64,000 nt of DNA from Mobula birostris (lineage: Eukaryota): contig NC_092390.1 of NCBI RefSeq assembly GCF_030028105.1, forward strand, positions 52,496,777-52,560,776, in the 5' to 3' direction. Each line of letters starts with the position of its first letter. The first letter of the stretch is position 1. The position numbers were made by a program, and so were the translations under genes. The notes below the pieces were generated by a model. The model worked only from the letters and a program-made list of their open reading frames with translations, ran no database searches and was not told where the DNA came from. This document shows positions 26,529 through 38,865 of this stretch, piece by piece.

Positions 26529-26769
26529 CACAGTCAACAGGCCCAAATTTAAAAAATTTGCAAGTAGCTTCAAGACTAAAGCCACATCATGCACTGCAGT
26601 TGAGCTTCCATACACATCCTGTGTTAAGAGTATTAAAAGTGATTTTGCTGAATTCAAGCTTGCAATTTGTATCAATAGTTTGAATTACATGTATTGCACG
26701 TGCATCTTTGAAATACTGGTTGTCAGGTATTTTCCGCATTGCAAGTTTGATATTCCCAACTCCTATGTA
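26529..26769 (+). repeat. 241-bp direct repeat, copy 2
   Basis: 620 bp offset from copy 1. Confidence 0.95.
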
Positions 26770-28275
26770 CTCATAAATCAAATGATAGAACCGATGGGTC
26801 ATGTAGATTCTGCCAGTCTACTCTGTGAACACATTCATCAGAAATAGTATTACTCAATCAGATAAAAAAACTGATGCCATAATGAATCCCAGTGAACCAA
26901 TAAACAGTTTCATCGACAATGCCTGTCTGTTCCACTCCATTCTGTCACAGATTCATCACTGGCTCTTGGAACCTAACATGCTATAAATCATACACTCATT
27001 CACCACAAGCTATTTTCACTAAACAAAGATATTACTAAAAAAAAATTAGGCTAAGAGTAATGGAATAGCTTCATGGTCAGTTAGTAGATATTGCAGCAAA
27101 TAATGATGTAGTAATAGGGTGCTTAGAGCAGGAGGTTAACTTCTTAACATTATACTATCACAAGATTTGAACCTTATCTATATATTACGAGCAAAAGGTG
27201 AAAATTATTTCAAGAGAATTGAAAATGCATCTCTGTGCTGGTATCATCTAAGGTTCTACAATACAAACACCAACCTACTTTTTACATCATATCTTGTATG
27301 GGAAAAAAACCTAAGGGAACAAGAAGTAATGCAAAGGATTATCCTGATTCCAGCTTTACATTAAAATTTAGCATGTATAAGATTCTAGAGTCTACTTGAA
27401 AAAGATTAAATTCTCTAGTCCTCCAGACAAAGGCATTATTCAGCTCATTAAAACACCTAAAAAATGAAGATATTTTAAGTCAAATAAACTTCCTTAGTGC
27501 TAAGAGACACGAATAACCTTATTGTTCTTTGTGCTCCTTTACATCTGCAACGTGTTCCGGATGTGTTCAAATTCCCAGTGTTTTATCTCCATATTCAAAA
27601 TAATTCAAAACTAGGAAACAAAACTTTATCCTAATCTAAAACAGATTTCAGTTATCAACTTGGAAGTTTCTACGGATGAAAAAAAAATATAATCAATTAT
27701 CCTCATTACTTGAGGCAAAGGCTTGGATCATCTTTAACATACCAAAACAAAGATAACTTCATTGCAAACAAAATTTTACACAGATGCAGGAGCATGTCAT
27801 TCAGTCCTTCCAGCCAGTCCATTACATCACTCACATTACATCTACAGCCCATAATAAATTTGCCAAAAAATAATTTAAAAATGTCTATTGATCCAGCTAC
27901 AACAGTTTTTTGGGTGATAAAGAGTTTTAGATTTTCCTTACCATGCAAAGAGAAATATTTTCTGGTATCATCTCTGATTAACACTGTTCTCGTTTCAAAA
28001 CTGTGTTCGGAATATAAAGGACTCAGTTTGTCTAACATACCATCCATTTAGTATTTTAAACACTAACAAGGTCATGAATTTACTTCTGTACAAAACCAAA
28101 AGAGAGATTTACAAATAAAAATTCAACTTTCACTTCTAAAGTTAGGCTACAAAGCATTGCATTTTGAATAACCCGCATTTTTGTTCTTAGAAATACTACA
28201 ACCGTATATTTGTTTATATGCTGTTCAACAGTTAAGTTTTATTTAAAACATTTACTTTATAACAGCACTGCATAC

Positions 28276-28427
28276 CCTTTCTGGTTGTGCAAATGTTCCA
28301 GCATTGCAAGGTGTTCTAGGATCCCACAGCTTGACTGTTTGATCCCAACTTCCGGTGACCATTACGTTCACTTCAGGACAATACTCAACACAACGAATTG
28401 AAGCATCATGGGAACCCACAATAGATT
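28276..28427 (-). CDS. BUB3: BUB3 coding exon 3 (152 bp)
   Basis: ESIVGSHDASIRCVEYCPEVNVMVTGSWDQTVKLWDPRTPCNAGTFAQPER; tag acceptor, GTATG donor. Confidence 0.97.
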
Positions 28428-28551
28428 CTATATGAAAGATAAAATTGACTGAATGAACATCACATGAAAAAACAATATTTGTCCCCATCGCAAACTGTGA
28501 GTATTTTATAAGAAAAGCAAACTTTTAAAAAAAACTCATCTGTACCACAAT

Positions 28552-28900
28552 ATAAGAACATAAGAACAAATAGGAGCAGGTGTAGGCCATCTGGCCCGTC
28601 GAGCCTGCTCCACCATTCAGTAAGATCATGGCTGATCCAGCCACAGACTCACCTCCACCTACCTGCCTTTTCCTGTAACTCTCAATTCCCTTACTATGCA
28701 AAAATCTATCCAACCTTGTCTTAAATATATTTACTGAGGTAGCCTCCACTGGGCAGAGAATTCCACAGATTCACCACTCTTTGGGAAAAGCAGTTCCTCA
28801 TCTCCATACTAAATCTACTTCTCCGAGTCTTGAGGCTATGCCTCCTAGTTCTAATCTCACCTACCAGTGGAAACAACTTTCCTGCCTCTACCTTTTCTAC
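28552..28900 (-). mobile_element. CR1 LINE 3' fragment
   Basis: Reverse (ataagaac)n tail; ORF MEATSVNIFKTRLDRFLHSKGIESY. Confidence 0.8.
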
Positions 28901-29130
28901 ATGAATTCCTCCATCGATAATAATTAGGAACTAATACACAATTTTATAGTACTGTAGAGATATTGGTCGTGGTCTAATCTGTCTTTATTTCATTTAAATT
29001 AATAAAATGTTGCTCAGTTAAACAGTAGTTTTTTTCTTTAATAACTTTTTAATTATTTCCATGAAACTTCAGCTATTTGGACTAAAATGTACTGGTCTTG
29101 ATGTGTCCCATTTAACCAGAATCCACAGTA
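28900..29130. mobile_element. old Tigger/pogo-type MITE fragment
   Basis: Similar to 32910-33145; ends gtcccatttaaccagaatccacagta. Confidence 0.5.
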
Positions 29131-29461
29131 CTCACCATCATGTGTGAAAAAGTTGCCCTTCAGGTCTCTTTTAAACATTTCCACTCTCACCCTAAATCTA
29201 TGACACCCCCCCCCACCCCGAGCTTTAGACCCCTATCCTGAGGATTCACTCTTATAAACCAGCTCTGGACTCTGCCCATTGACAGGACATCTTTCCTTAG
29301 AAAATGGGGAAACAGTCTTTCCCCCATTTTAATTACATTAAAAAAATAACCTCAACAAAAGCAACCTTTCAAGGAATTGTTGTCCCTACACTATTTCAAA
29401 AGTGTATTTTATCACATCATGCACCTCCTTAAGTAGCATGTTTAACATAAACATTTCTCAC

Positions 29462-29531
29462 CTTGGTCTGTGTTTAAATCACGCATTTTCAGAGAAAGGT
29501 CCAATCCACCACTCCATGCATGAGTTGGATC
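29462..29531 (-). CDS. BUB3: BUB3 coding exon 2 (70 bp)
   Basis: DPTHAWSGGLDLSLKMRDLNTDQ; tag acceptor, GTGAG donor; phase fits neighbouring exons. Confidence 0.95.
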
Positions 29532-29674
29532 CTATTTACAGTGAATTAAAAAATTAACATTGTATTTTACCCAACTACAAAGCTAAAAACTCCAGGTACT
29601 GAAAACCTGAAACAAAATCAATACTGAAAATTCTTAACAATTCAAACAATATCTGTAATGAGTGGAACAATTAA

Positions 29675-31625
29675 GGAGAAGTAACGAGAACAAAGAAACA
29701 GTGGACAAATTAAAGTACTATTTTGATATCAATCTTCACTGTAGAAGAAACCAACAACATGCCTGAAATTCAAGTGTCAGGAGGGCAAGTGAGTATAGTC
29801 ACTATCACCAAGAAGGTACAGTCGGCCCTCCATATCCGCGGGGGACTGGTTCCAGGACCCCCCCGCGGATACCAAAATTCACGAATGCTCACGTCCCTAT
29901 ACAAAGCCTAAGAGAGATCGTAAGGGTGTAACGTTTAGCGTAAAACTGGACATAATTAAGCGTTTCGATCGTAGTGAATGAATTAAAGACATTGCGCGTG
30001 CGTTAAACTTGCCTGCGTCCACCATTCGTACTACTGTATTTACACGCAGAAAGAATCTTGAAAGCTGCCGATGTTACTATTGGTTCTGCTAGTAGCATAT
30101 CATTCCTGCTTTTACTATATGTTAGTGTTATTTTAGGTTTTATGTGTTATTTGGTATGATTTGGTAGGTTATATTTTGGGTCTGGGAATGCTCAAAAATT
30201 TTACCCATATAAATTAATGGTAATTGCTTCTTCACAACCGAATGAGACGCGAGGCGAACAATGCTCAAACAACCAGTGCTGGAGAGAGAACTTACGGGTT
30301 TTCCCAATCTGCGGCTGGTTGAATCCGCGGGTGCGGAACCCGCGGATACGGAGAGCCGACTGTACTTGGAAAGCTGAAAGGTCTTGAGAACGTAACAAGT
30401 AGGGTAGACGAAGGAGAGCTAGCTAAATGTTGTTTATCTAGATTCCTACAGGCCTTCGACAAGGTGCTACACATGAGTTGCTTAATAAGATAGGAACCCA
30501 TTGTGCTACAGAAAAGGTATTAATGTGGAAAGAAGATTGGCTGACTGGCAAAATGCAAGTAATGGAAATAAAAGCGGCTTTCTAGTTGGCTGCCAGTGAC
30601 TAGTGGTTTTTGCACGGCTGGTGATGGGTCTGCTACTTTTCACATTATATGTTAATGATCTGCATAACAGAATTGATGGCTTTCTGGCCAAGGTTGTGGA
30701 TGATGCAAAGATAGGTGGAGGGGAAGGTAGTGTTAAGGAAATATCTGCTGAATGATTTGGACAAGCTAAGAGAATTGGCAAATAAGTGGTAGGTAGAATA
30801 CTGCCGTGCACTCTGGATGTCCTGACACTGAATAAAGGCGTAGACTATTTTCTAAATGGGGAAATAATTCAGAATCAGAGATACAAAGGTCCTAATGCAG
30901 GATTCCATGAAGGTTAATTGCAATTTGAGTCTGCAGTATGGAAGGCAATGTTAGCATTGAGGATTAGAATACAAAAGCAAGGATTTAGTGCTCAGGCCTT
31001 AGAAAGTACGGATCAGACCACATATGGTGTATTGAGCAGTTTGAACCGGATATCTAAGGAAAGATGTCCTGTCAATGGGCAGAGTCCAGAGCTGGTTCAT
31101 AAAAGTGAACCCAGGGATGAAGAGGTATGAGGAATGTTTGATGGTCTGGGCGTATACTCACTAGAGTTTAGAAGATTGGAGGGAGTGCTCAGTAAAACGC
31201 CCTTGAAGAGTTAGGATTTCAGATTGTATACATTCTCTGATATTAAACTGAACTACTGAATCTACTGAATATTGAAAGGCCTAGATGATGTGGATGTAAA
31301 TGTGTTTGCAGAAGTTGGAGTCTAGGACTGTAGGGCATAGGCTCATAATAAAAGGATGTTCCTTTAGGACAGAGAGCAGCAGGAATTTCTTTAGCCAGAG
31401 GGTGATGAATCTGTAGAATTCATTGACACAGATGGCTGTGGAGGCAAAGTCTTTGGATAAATTTAAAGCAGAGGTTGACAGGCTCATGATTAGTAAGGAT
31501 TTAAAAAGTTACTAGGAAAAGGCAGGAGAATGGGGTTGAGAGGGAGAAATAAATTGGCCATGATCAGTTAGTGAAACAGACAATGGTCCAAATGGCCTAA
31601 TTCTACTTCTATGCCTTATGGTATT
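29675..31625 (+). mobile_element. degraded CR1 LINE (RT region to 3' end) interrupted by a MER2-like element
   Basis: Remnants of YLDF..AFDKV and KVVDDAKIG; CR1 3' end ...aaatggcctaattctacttctatgccttatg. Confidence 0.8.
29819..30362 (+). mobile_element. MER2-like Tigger element with partial HTH transposase
   Basis: TIRs CAGTCGGCCCTCCATATCCGCGGG / CCCGCGGATACGGAGAGCCGACTG, TA TSD; internal KPKRDRKGVTFSVKLDIIKRFDRSE*IKDIARALNLPASTIRT. Confidence 0.85.
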
Positions 31626-32361
31626 GACTGAAAATGAATCAGCATCATTGTTGCATGAGTGAGAATAACATACCTATAAGCAAAGCACCAAAACATTTGC
31701 AGGTGAATAAAATACAAACACAATACAGTACATACAAATGAAAAATATATGCAAAGACTGGGTGCTAGTCACACGACAAATTCTTGTTATTCTGACTACA
31801 TCATATAAGCTTACACACAGACAATAGATACCAGAACTGTAACCAGGTAGTTTGGAGCTACAACAAAATTCACACAACTCATTCCCTCCCCGCCCGCCAC
31901 ACCCCACTCTGAGGCCAGGGTACTAAAATAAAGGATCAAGTAGAAAAGATATCTGAAACTAAACAATCTAAGCCATGAATGATATTGGAAGCAGTAAACA
32001 GAATTAGAATAAAGACATCAGAAAGGGAAGTTCTACACATGAAATACAGGAAAAACTTGCATCTAACCTGTAAATAAAAATCAAACTATAGATGCTGGAA
32101 ACCTGAAATAAAAAAATAAAACTGCTAAAAATATTCAACAGATCACGCAGAACTATTAAAGGTTCTTTGACCTGAAATGTGAACTCTGTTTCCATTTCCC
32201 CAGATCAGTCTATCTGAAATCTTGATTTTATGTCTTCATTGTAACTTCATAATTTCAGACCAATTTTGTATCTTTCAAAATGTAGTTATTGTTACTACAT
32301 ATTGAGCACTGAAACCAATTTGCACACAAGTCAATTCTCACAAATGCAAACATGATAACCA

Positions 32362-32534
32362 GTAACACACACAAAAAATGCTGGTGAACACAGTAGGCCA
32401 GGCAGCATCTATAGGAAGTGGTACAGTCAACGTTTCGGGCCGAGATCCTTCGTCAGGACTAACTGAAATGCTCACCAGCATTTTTTGTGTGTGTTGCTTG
32501 AATTTCCAGCATCTGCAGATTTCCTCGTGTTTGC
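32362..32534 (-). mobile_element. Penelope-derived mini-element with hammerhead-like motif (32425-32460, minus)
   Basis: TSD ATAACCA (32355-32361, 32535-32541); minus strand AGTC-CTGACGA-AGGATCTCGGCCC-GAAAC-GTT-GACT. Confidence 0.75.
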
Positions 32535-32721
32535 ATAACCAATAAATGTTTTCATATTAAGATACAACTATTGGTCATGATTCTAGAGACAATCCCTAAA
32601 TGTACAAGAACTTTTTTATATATCTATCCAAGAGGGTACAGTCTGAATTAAAGAAGCTCATCCAAATACAAGACTCTTATTTTGAACAACTCTCAAAGAA
32701 CAAAAACAAATCAAGAAAATA

Positions 32722-33145
32722 GCCAGGATTTCCTTTGTTAATTTGGAACACAATGTCACCTAATTGGGGCAGGAGACTGTTGCTGAACAGTTTCTAACTG
32801 GCATCAGACAATTGCATTGCGTGGTCAACACACACTACACTGTACTTAGAGTGAACCATTTTTAACTAGCATCAGTTGTATCCACTTAATCAAGAGAACA
32901 TGTACACTGGATGAATTTCTTCATCAATAACTATTAAGAACTAATACCCAGCTTTCTAGTACTGCAATAGTATTTATAGTGTTCCAATTCCTGTATTTCA
33001 TTTAAATATGTAACTTGTTACTCAGTTGAATAGCAGTTGTCTTTTTTATACTTTTTTAACTATGTTCATGGAATTTCAGCTAATTGCTGCACCTGCTTAA
33101 TTGGCCCAAAAAGGTACTGTGTCCCAATTAACCGGAATCCTCTGT
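32722..33145. mobile_element. old Tigger/pogo-type MITE
   Basis: Imperfect inverted termini (…gtcccaattaaccggaatcctctg); homologous to 28900-29130. Confidence 0.5.
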
Positions 33146-33609
33146 GTGTATACACACGCGCGCACACACACACAAAAAACTGTAGACTGTTGTACAATGC
33201 CAATATAATACCATTGTGTTAGATAGAAAAAAGATGACTTTTGGAATCCTGAAACATAGGCATAGCATAGGCTGGAACTTGAGCTTATACCTCAAAGCTT
33301 CAAACTGTGCCTTTAGAAGGAACTAAAAATGAAGATGGAAAATAAAGGACTCAGAACCAACAATCAAAAGTGATGACATAAAAAAAATGAAAAATAGCTC
33401 AAAAGATTAAAATTATTTGACAGCATGAGTTTATTTACAAACATTACACAAAATATTAACACCCCAAGCCAATTCATTAAAGTAGTTTTTAAAAGTAATG
33501 ATTTGTTATCACATGACTTGAACATTAACTCTGAAGAGGACACATTTCCTTTTACTCAAAACTGATGTGCTGATCACAATTTAATAGCAAAGTGAAAATA
33601 GTCCCTTAC

Positions 33610-33804
33610 ATGAAAAGCACAGTCCAGGACAGCAGCTGAATGTTGATACTTTAGGCGCATATTATTCGACGTGATATCATACAAACGGACAGTACAGTCC
33701 CAGGATGACACCAAGAGGAACTGAGAGGTGTTTGGGCTGAACTTGATAGCTGATATTCCATCCTCAGGACATTGGTTTAGCTTGAATTCATTTGAGCCAG
33801 TCAT
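33610..33804 (-). CDS. BUB3: BUB3 coding exon 1 (195 bp; mitotic checkpoint protein BUB3, WD40)
   Basis: cag|ATG MTGSNEFKLNQCPEDGISAIKFSPNTSQFLLVSSWD...VLDCAFH|GTAAG; the six exons join in frame (971 nt). Confidence 0.97.
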
Positions 33805-34454
33805 CTGAAAACAAAACAACATTATTTCAATACAATCTTTACTAAAATTTGACAAATTAAAAAGACCAGCAACCAAAACAAATTACTACTTCCCATCTTG
33901 AAAAAAAACACTCCGTACATTGTATTATGACAGTAAGGCTTTTCTGCAAAGCACCATCGATTTTTATTGTTGGATCTTAACGTAAATCACAATTGTTATA
34001 ATTACAGTCACTTTGAGAAGTGGATACTGACTTGGAAGCACAAGAGTGATTAAAAAAAAATCAACTGGATACTATATTACAAAGAAAAAAAGTCCAGGAA
34101 TGACATAACAAAAAAAATTCACTTAATACCCTTACATGAGATCAGAGAGAGCTGCAGATAGAGTCACTCACTACAGGAGGCAGAGCGTCATAGAAAGGAG
34201 TTTCAGGGAGGTGGTCACACAAACATTCAGTCACAGGTAGATGGGTGACTACCAGGAGCTAGCAGGTAGTGGAAGAGTTGCCTCCAGCTATCCCCCTGCA
34301 ACCACAAACCCTCCCCATACAAGTACAGCAGTTTGGACACGGTGATGGTGGTACAGTCTTTCTAGGAAGCATCGCAGCAGCCAGGTCAGTGGCCACCACA
34401 ACTGGCTCTGTTGTAAAGCAGGATAGGGCAAGGTCTGGACAAGCAATAATTGTA

Positions 34455-35985
34455 CAAACCCCATTTCCAGAAAAGTTGGGATATTTTCCAAAATACAATA
34501 AAAACAAAAATCTGTGATGTTAATTCATGTGAACCTTTATTTAACTGACAAAAGTACAAAGAAAAGATTTTCAATAGTTTTACTAACCAACTTAATTGTA
34601 TTTTGTAAACATACAAATTTAGAATTTGATGGCTGCAACACACTCAACAAAAGTTGGGACAGAGGCATGTTTACCATTGTGTTACATCACCTTTCCTTTT
34701 AATAACAGGTTTTAATCGTTTTGGAACTGAGGATACTAATTGTAGTAGATTTACAATTGGAAATTTTGTCCATTCTTGCTTGATATAAGACTTCAGCTGC
34801 TCAACAGTCTGATTCTTCTCTTCATGATGCGCCACACATTTTCAATAGGAGATAGATCTGGACTGGCAGCAGGCCAGTCAAGCACACGCACTGTGTCTAC
34901 AAAGCCACGCTGTTGTAGCCCGTGCAGAATGTGGTCTGGCATTGTCCTGCTGAAATAAGCATGGACATCCCGGGAAGAGACGTCACCTTGATGGCAACAT
35001 ATGTCTCTCTAAAATCCTAATATACGCCTCAGAGTCAATGATACCTTCACATACGTGCGAATCACCCATGCTGTGGGCAGTGATGCACCCCCATACCATC
35101 ACAGATGCTGGGCTTTTGCACCTTTCGCTGATAACAATCTGGATGGTCGTTTTCATCTTTGGCATGGAGAACTCGACACCCATTTTTTCCAAAAACTAGC
35201 TGAAACGTGGACTCATCTGACCACAGCACACGGTTCCACAGTCTTTCGGTCCATCTGAGATGAGCTTGGGCCCAGAGAACTTGCCGGCGTTTCTGCATAG
35301 AGTTGATGTATAGCTTCCTCCTTGTGTGATACAGTTTCAAGTTGCATTTCTGGATGCAGCGACGGACTGTGTTGAGTGACGATAGTTTTCCGAAGTACTC
35401 CCGAGCCCAGGTGGCTATAATTGTCTCAGTAGCATGACGGTTTCTTAGGCAGTGCCGCCAGAGGGCTCGAAGATCACGCGCATTCAACAGTGGTTTCCGA
35501 CCTTGCTCTTTACGCACTGAGATGTCTCTGAATTCTCTGCAATCTTGCATTGAGAAATGTTCCTTTTGAACTGACTAACAATTCTCTCACGTATTTTGGC
35601 ACAAAGGGGTGAGCCACGACCCATCCTTGCTTGCAAAGACTGAGCCTTTGATGGATGCTACTTTTATACCCAGTCATGATACCTCACCTGTTACCAATTA
35701 GCCTGCTTAATGTGGAGTCTTCCAAACCGGTGTTACTTGAATATTCTGTGCACTTTTCAATCTTATTTTAACTCTGTCCCAACTTCTGTTGAATGTGTTG
35801 CAGCCATCAAATTCTAAATTCGTGTACATTTACAAAATACAATTAAGTTGGTCAGTAAAACTATTGAAAATCTTTTCTTTGTACTTTTGGCAGTTAAATA
35901 AAGGTTCACATAAATTAACATATCACAGATTTTTGTTTTTATTGTATTTTGGAAAATACCCCAACTTTTCTGGAAATGGGGTTTG
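34455..35985 (-). mobile_element. Tc1-like transposon with ~210-bp IR/DR-type TIRs and disrupted transposase (35624 -> 34671)
   Basis: TA-CAAACCCCATTTCCAGAAAAGTTGGG ... CCCAACTTTTCTGGAAATGGGGTTTG-TA; GRKPLL, VLWSDESTF, SVMVWGC motifs with frameshifts. Confidence 0.93.
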
Positions 35986-36016
35986 TAGACAACTTCTTAA
36001 TCAGGGGCACAGGGAA

Positions 36017-36288
36017 TTTTTATTTATTTTATTTAGATACAGTGCAAAACAGGCCCTCTTAACCCAGTGAGCCGCACTGTCCAGCAACCCATTTAATGAC
36101 CACTAGTCTAACCACAAGACAATTTACAATGGCCAATTAACCTACTAACCAGTACGTCTTTGGAATTTGGGGGAGGAACTGGAGCAGAGGAAACATACGT
36201 GTTCACGGGGAGAACATACAAACCCTTTACATTGGCATTGGAACAGAACTCCGACACCCCAAGTTTTAATAGCTATGCTACTGTGGTG
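36017..36288 (-). mobile_element. tRNA-derived SINE (V-SINE/HE1-like)
   Basis: Reverse tail tttatttattt, central block caatttacaatggccaattaacctactaacc...; homologous to 61098-61350. Confidence 0.65.
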
Positions 36289-38656
36289 TGCTGCCCTATT
36301 TCTGTGGCCATGACCATGATGTCAGAATGGTGTGCTGCCTCCCGAGTGTCAGGATCAAGGTTATCCAAGTAAAAACAAAATACTCTGAAAGGGAAGAGTG
36401 AGTACCCAGAAATCATGATCCACACTTGTGCCAATGACAATCATGCTACAGGCATAACAAAGGTGGAGGAAAGAGAAGAAGGGATTTGCACTCTTAATTA
36501 GGGTCACTTTTTATTACATCACAGCTGTACTTTGGGTATTCTTGGGCGTCATCCAGTGAAGCTATCTAAGTGAAACTTAGAAATGAGATGATCACTTTGA
36601 TGGGATTGTGATGTAGCCCCTCCCCCAATAGTTTATGCATATTGACTGGAATTGCCAGGGTGAAAATGGCTTGGATGGTGTAAAATCTGTTAAATGTGTC
36701 CAGGAAAGTGTGCTACCAGAGGGGGCAACACTGGACAGCCTAATGGGAAATTAGTTTAGGCAAGACACTGAGATATCAGTGGGGGGAGTACAGTACTATG
36801 GGAACAGTGATCACAATTCTTAGTTTTTAAATGATAATAGAAAAATTTCAAAATTTGTCCTATTCTAATTGACAGCAGGCTCACCACCCCAGAAGATTAG
36901 ATCATATGCGATGCAGGATGAGCAAGCCAATTGGTGGAAGGATTCAGAGACTGGTAGTAAAGGAACACACATCAAAGTTGCTTGAATTTCCAGCATCTGC
37001 AGATTTCCTCGTGGTAGTGAAGGGTTGTATTTTGGATTGGAGGATTGAGACCAGTGACCAGTCATGTGCCACAGGAATTGGCACTACATAAACAACCTCT
37101 CTCTTAATGTCAGCAAGACCAAAGAGCTGATTATTGACCAGGAGGAAACTGGAGGTTCATGAGCCAGTCCTCACTGGGAGATCAGAGATGGAGAGGCTCT
37201 TGAACCAGAGGGGATTAACTTCACTTGCTCTATCACTTTCAAGGACTACTCATCTCATGTTCTCCATATTTATTGCTTATTTATTATATATTTTTTGTAT
37301 CTGTACAGTTTGTTGTTTTTTGCACTTTGCCCACAATACAGTGGACAAACAACCAGTCTCTTTCATTGATTCTATTATGGTTCTTGGATTTACTGAGTAT
37401 GCCCACAAAAAAAATGAATCCCAGGGTTATTATTGCAACATGTATGAATTTTTCTAATAAATTTGCTTTGAATTTTGCATCCAGTTTCTTGTCATCTATA
37501 TTGACACTTAGGATGAGAATGTAGTTTGCATGGTCAGTAATTTTGCCAATCACACCAAGATTGATGGCACAATGTACCTAAGATTAAAATGGAATCTGGT
37601 TCAATAGGTGAAGTGAACATTTCGGTGAGCAGCAGAGAATTTAACGCAGACAAGTACAAGAGATTGCACTTGGGCAAGTTTAAACCAGGGTCTTTCACAG
37701 TAAACAATACTCATGAGTACAGGTATATAGTTCCTTGAAAATGAAGGCAAAATTTGGCACAGTCTTTGTCAGTCAGGACTTCAAGCACAGGGATTAGGAC
37801 ACAAGTCTTTTAGGAGACTACATTTTGGAGTATTGTGTGCAATTCTAGTTCCTCAGCTGTAGAATAAGCAGTATGTTACCAGGACTGGATTGCTTGAGTT
37901 ATAAGGAGAGGCTAGACTTCTTTCCCCTGGAGCCTTGGTGGCAAAGGGTAAACGTTGTAAAATCATAACGAGCACAGATAAGCTGCATGGTTTTAGACTG
38001 TTCCCAGGATAGTGATATCAAAAACTAGAGGGCACAGATACAAGATAAGGTAAAAAATTAAAGAGGGACCCAAGGGAAACGTCACCCACAAAGTGGTAGG
38101 TATATAGAATGAACTGCCAATGGAAGCTGTAGAGGTGGGTACAATTATAATATTTAAAAGATATTGACATAGGTAAATAGATCACAAAGGATTGGGAAAT
38201 ATAGGTAAAAAATATAAACAAATGGGAGTAATGGACAAGACGGGCCGAAGGAACAGCTCTACTGTGCAACAATGACTCAAAAGCCATCCAATGGCTGAAA
38301 CAACGGGAATAATAAAAGTAAATAATACCTGACCCAATGCCATTGATTATTATGCAAGATAAAAATCATGCAATGTTACAAGAATGAAGATTGTTGTCAA
38401 ATCTATATTTGTTAAAGGTTTCGCCGAACACCAAACCGTGAGGGCGCCCGTTAAAAGCCAAACATTTATCGGGAAAGTGGCATCAGAGAGTAAAACCAGA
38501 GGCCCGACTCCCACGGACGCGGCCCGCCTCGGCCCTGCGGCCTACACCAGCTCCACCAACGTTAATGGTGCCGACATGGAGAAGCATGAGAGCTTCTCCA
38601 ACACCACCGCCGTACCGAGGGTATATATTAGTCTCATCCCATGCCCATTGACCTAC

Positions 38657-38760
38657 CTCGCCGCTCCCTCCTCAACCTCCCCTTTGAATTTATAACCGAA
38701 ATCCGTCCGGAGCGCAGCCGTTCGAGCAACCGCCGATCTCGTGCGTCGCCGCCACTCGTA
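38657..38760 (-). other. BUB3: probable non-coding first exon of BUB3
   Basis: CpG-rich; ends GGCGAG|GTAGGT donor; the next exon starts directly at ATG, so an upstream exon is required; TSS approximate. Confidence 0.65.
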
Positions 38761-38865
38761 ATCCTCTCTTCTGATTGGCCAGTTTGAAGGCAGACCGCTT
38801 TGACGCGCCTCACGTCGGTTCGGGATAAGGATGTGACGCACGCGGAGAGCTGTTCACGTGACGCT
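38760..38865 (-). promoter_or_regulatory. BUB3 CpG-rich promoter: CCAAT box, CHR-like TTTGAA, CRE half-sites, E-box
   Basis: GATTGGCC 38773-38780; TTTGAA 38783-38788; TGACGC at 38801 and ~38834; TCACGTGA 38854-38861. Confidence 0.6.

Larger units (their letters stand above)
34140..38280 (+). mobile_element. fragmented CR1 LINE hosting a Tc1, a SINE, a Penelope micro-insertion and a Rex1-like fragment (~37085-37480)
   Basis: ORF1 esterase remnants AIIV|DNFLIRG and CAASR/CCLP-like across the insertions; degenerate RT and 3' end further downstream. Confidence 0.6.

Noticed and set aside
26437-26848. ~137-codon stop-free plus frame across the duplicated segment
   Set aside because: No early ATG, no recognisable domain, antisense within a BUB3 intron
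27706-28051. Paired 113-aa ORFs on both strands
   Set aside because: Appear to derive from a highly degraded CR1 3' fragment; not genes
38384-38695. 103-aa plus-strand ORF at the BUB3 promoter
   Set aside because: CpG-island chance ORF; no homology recognised
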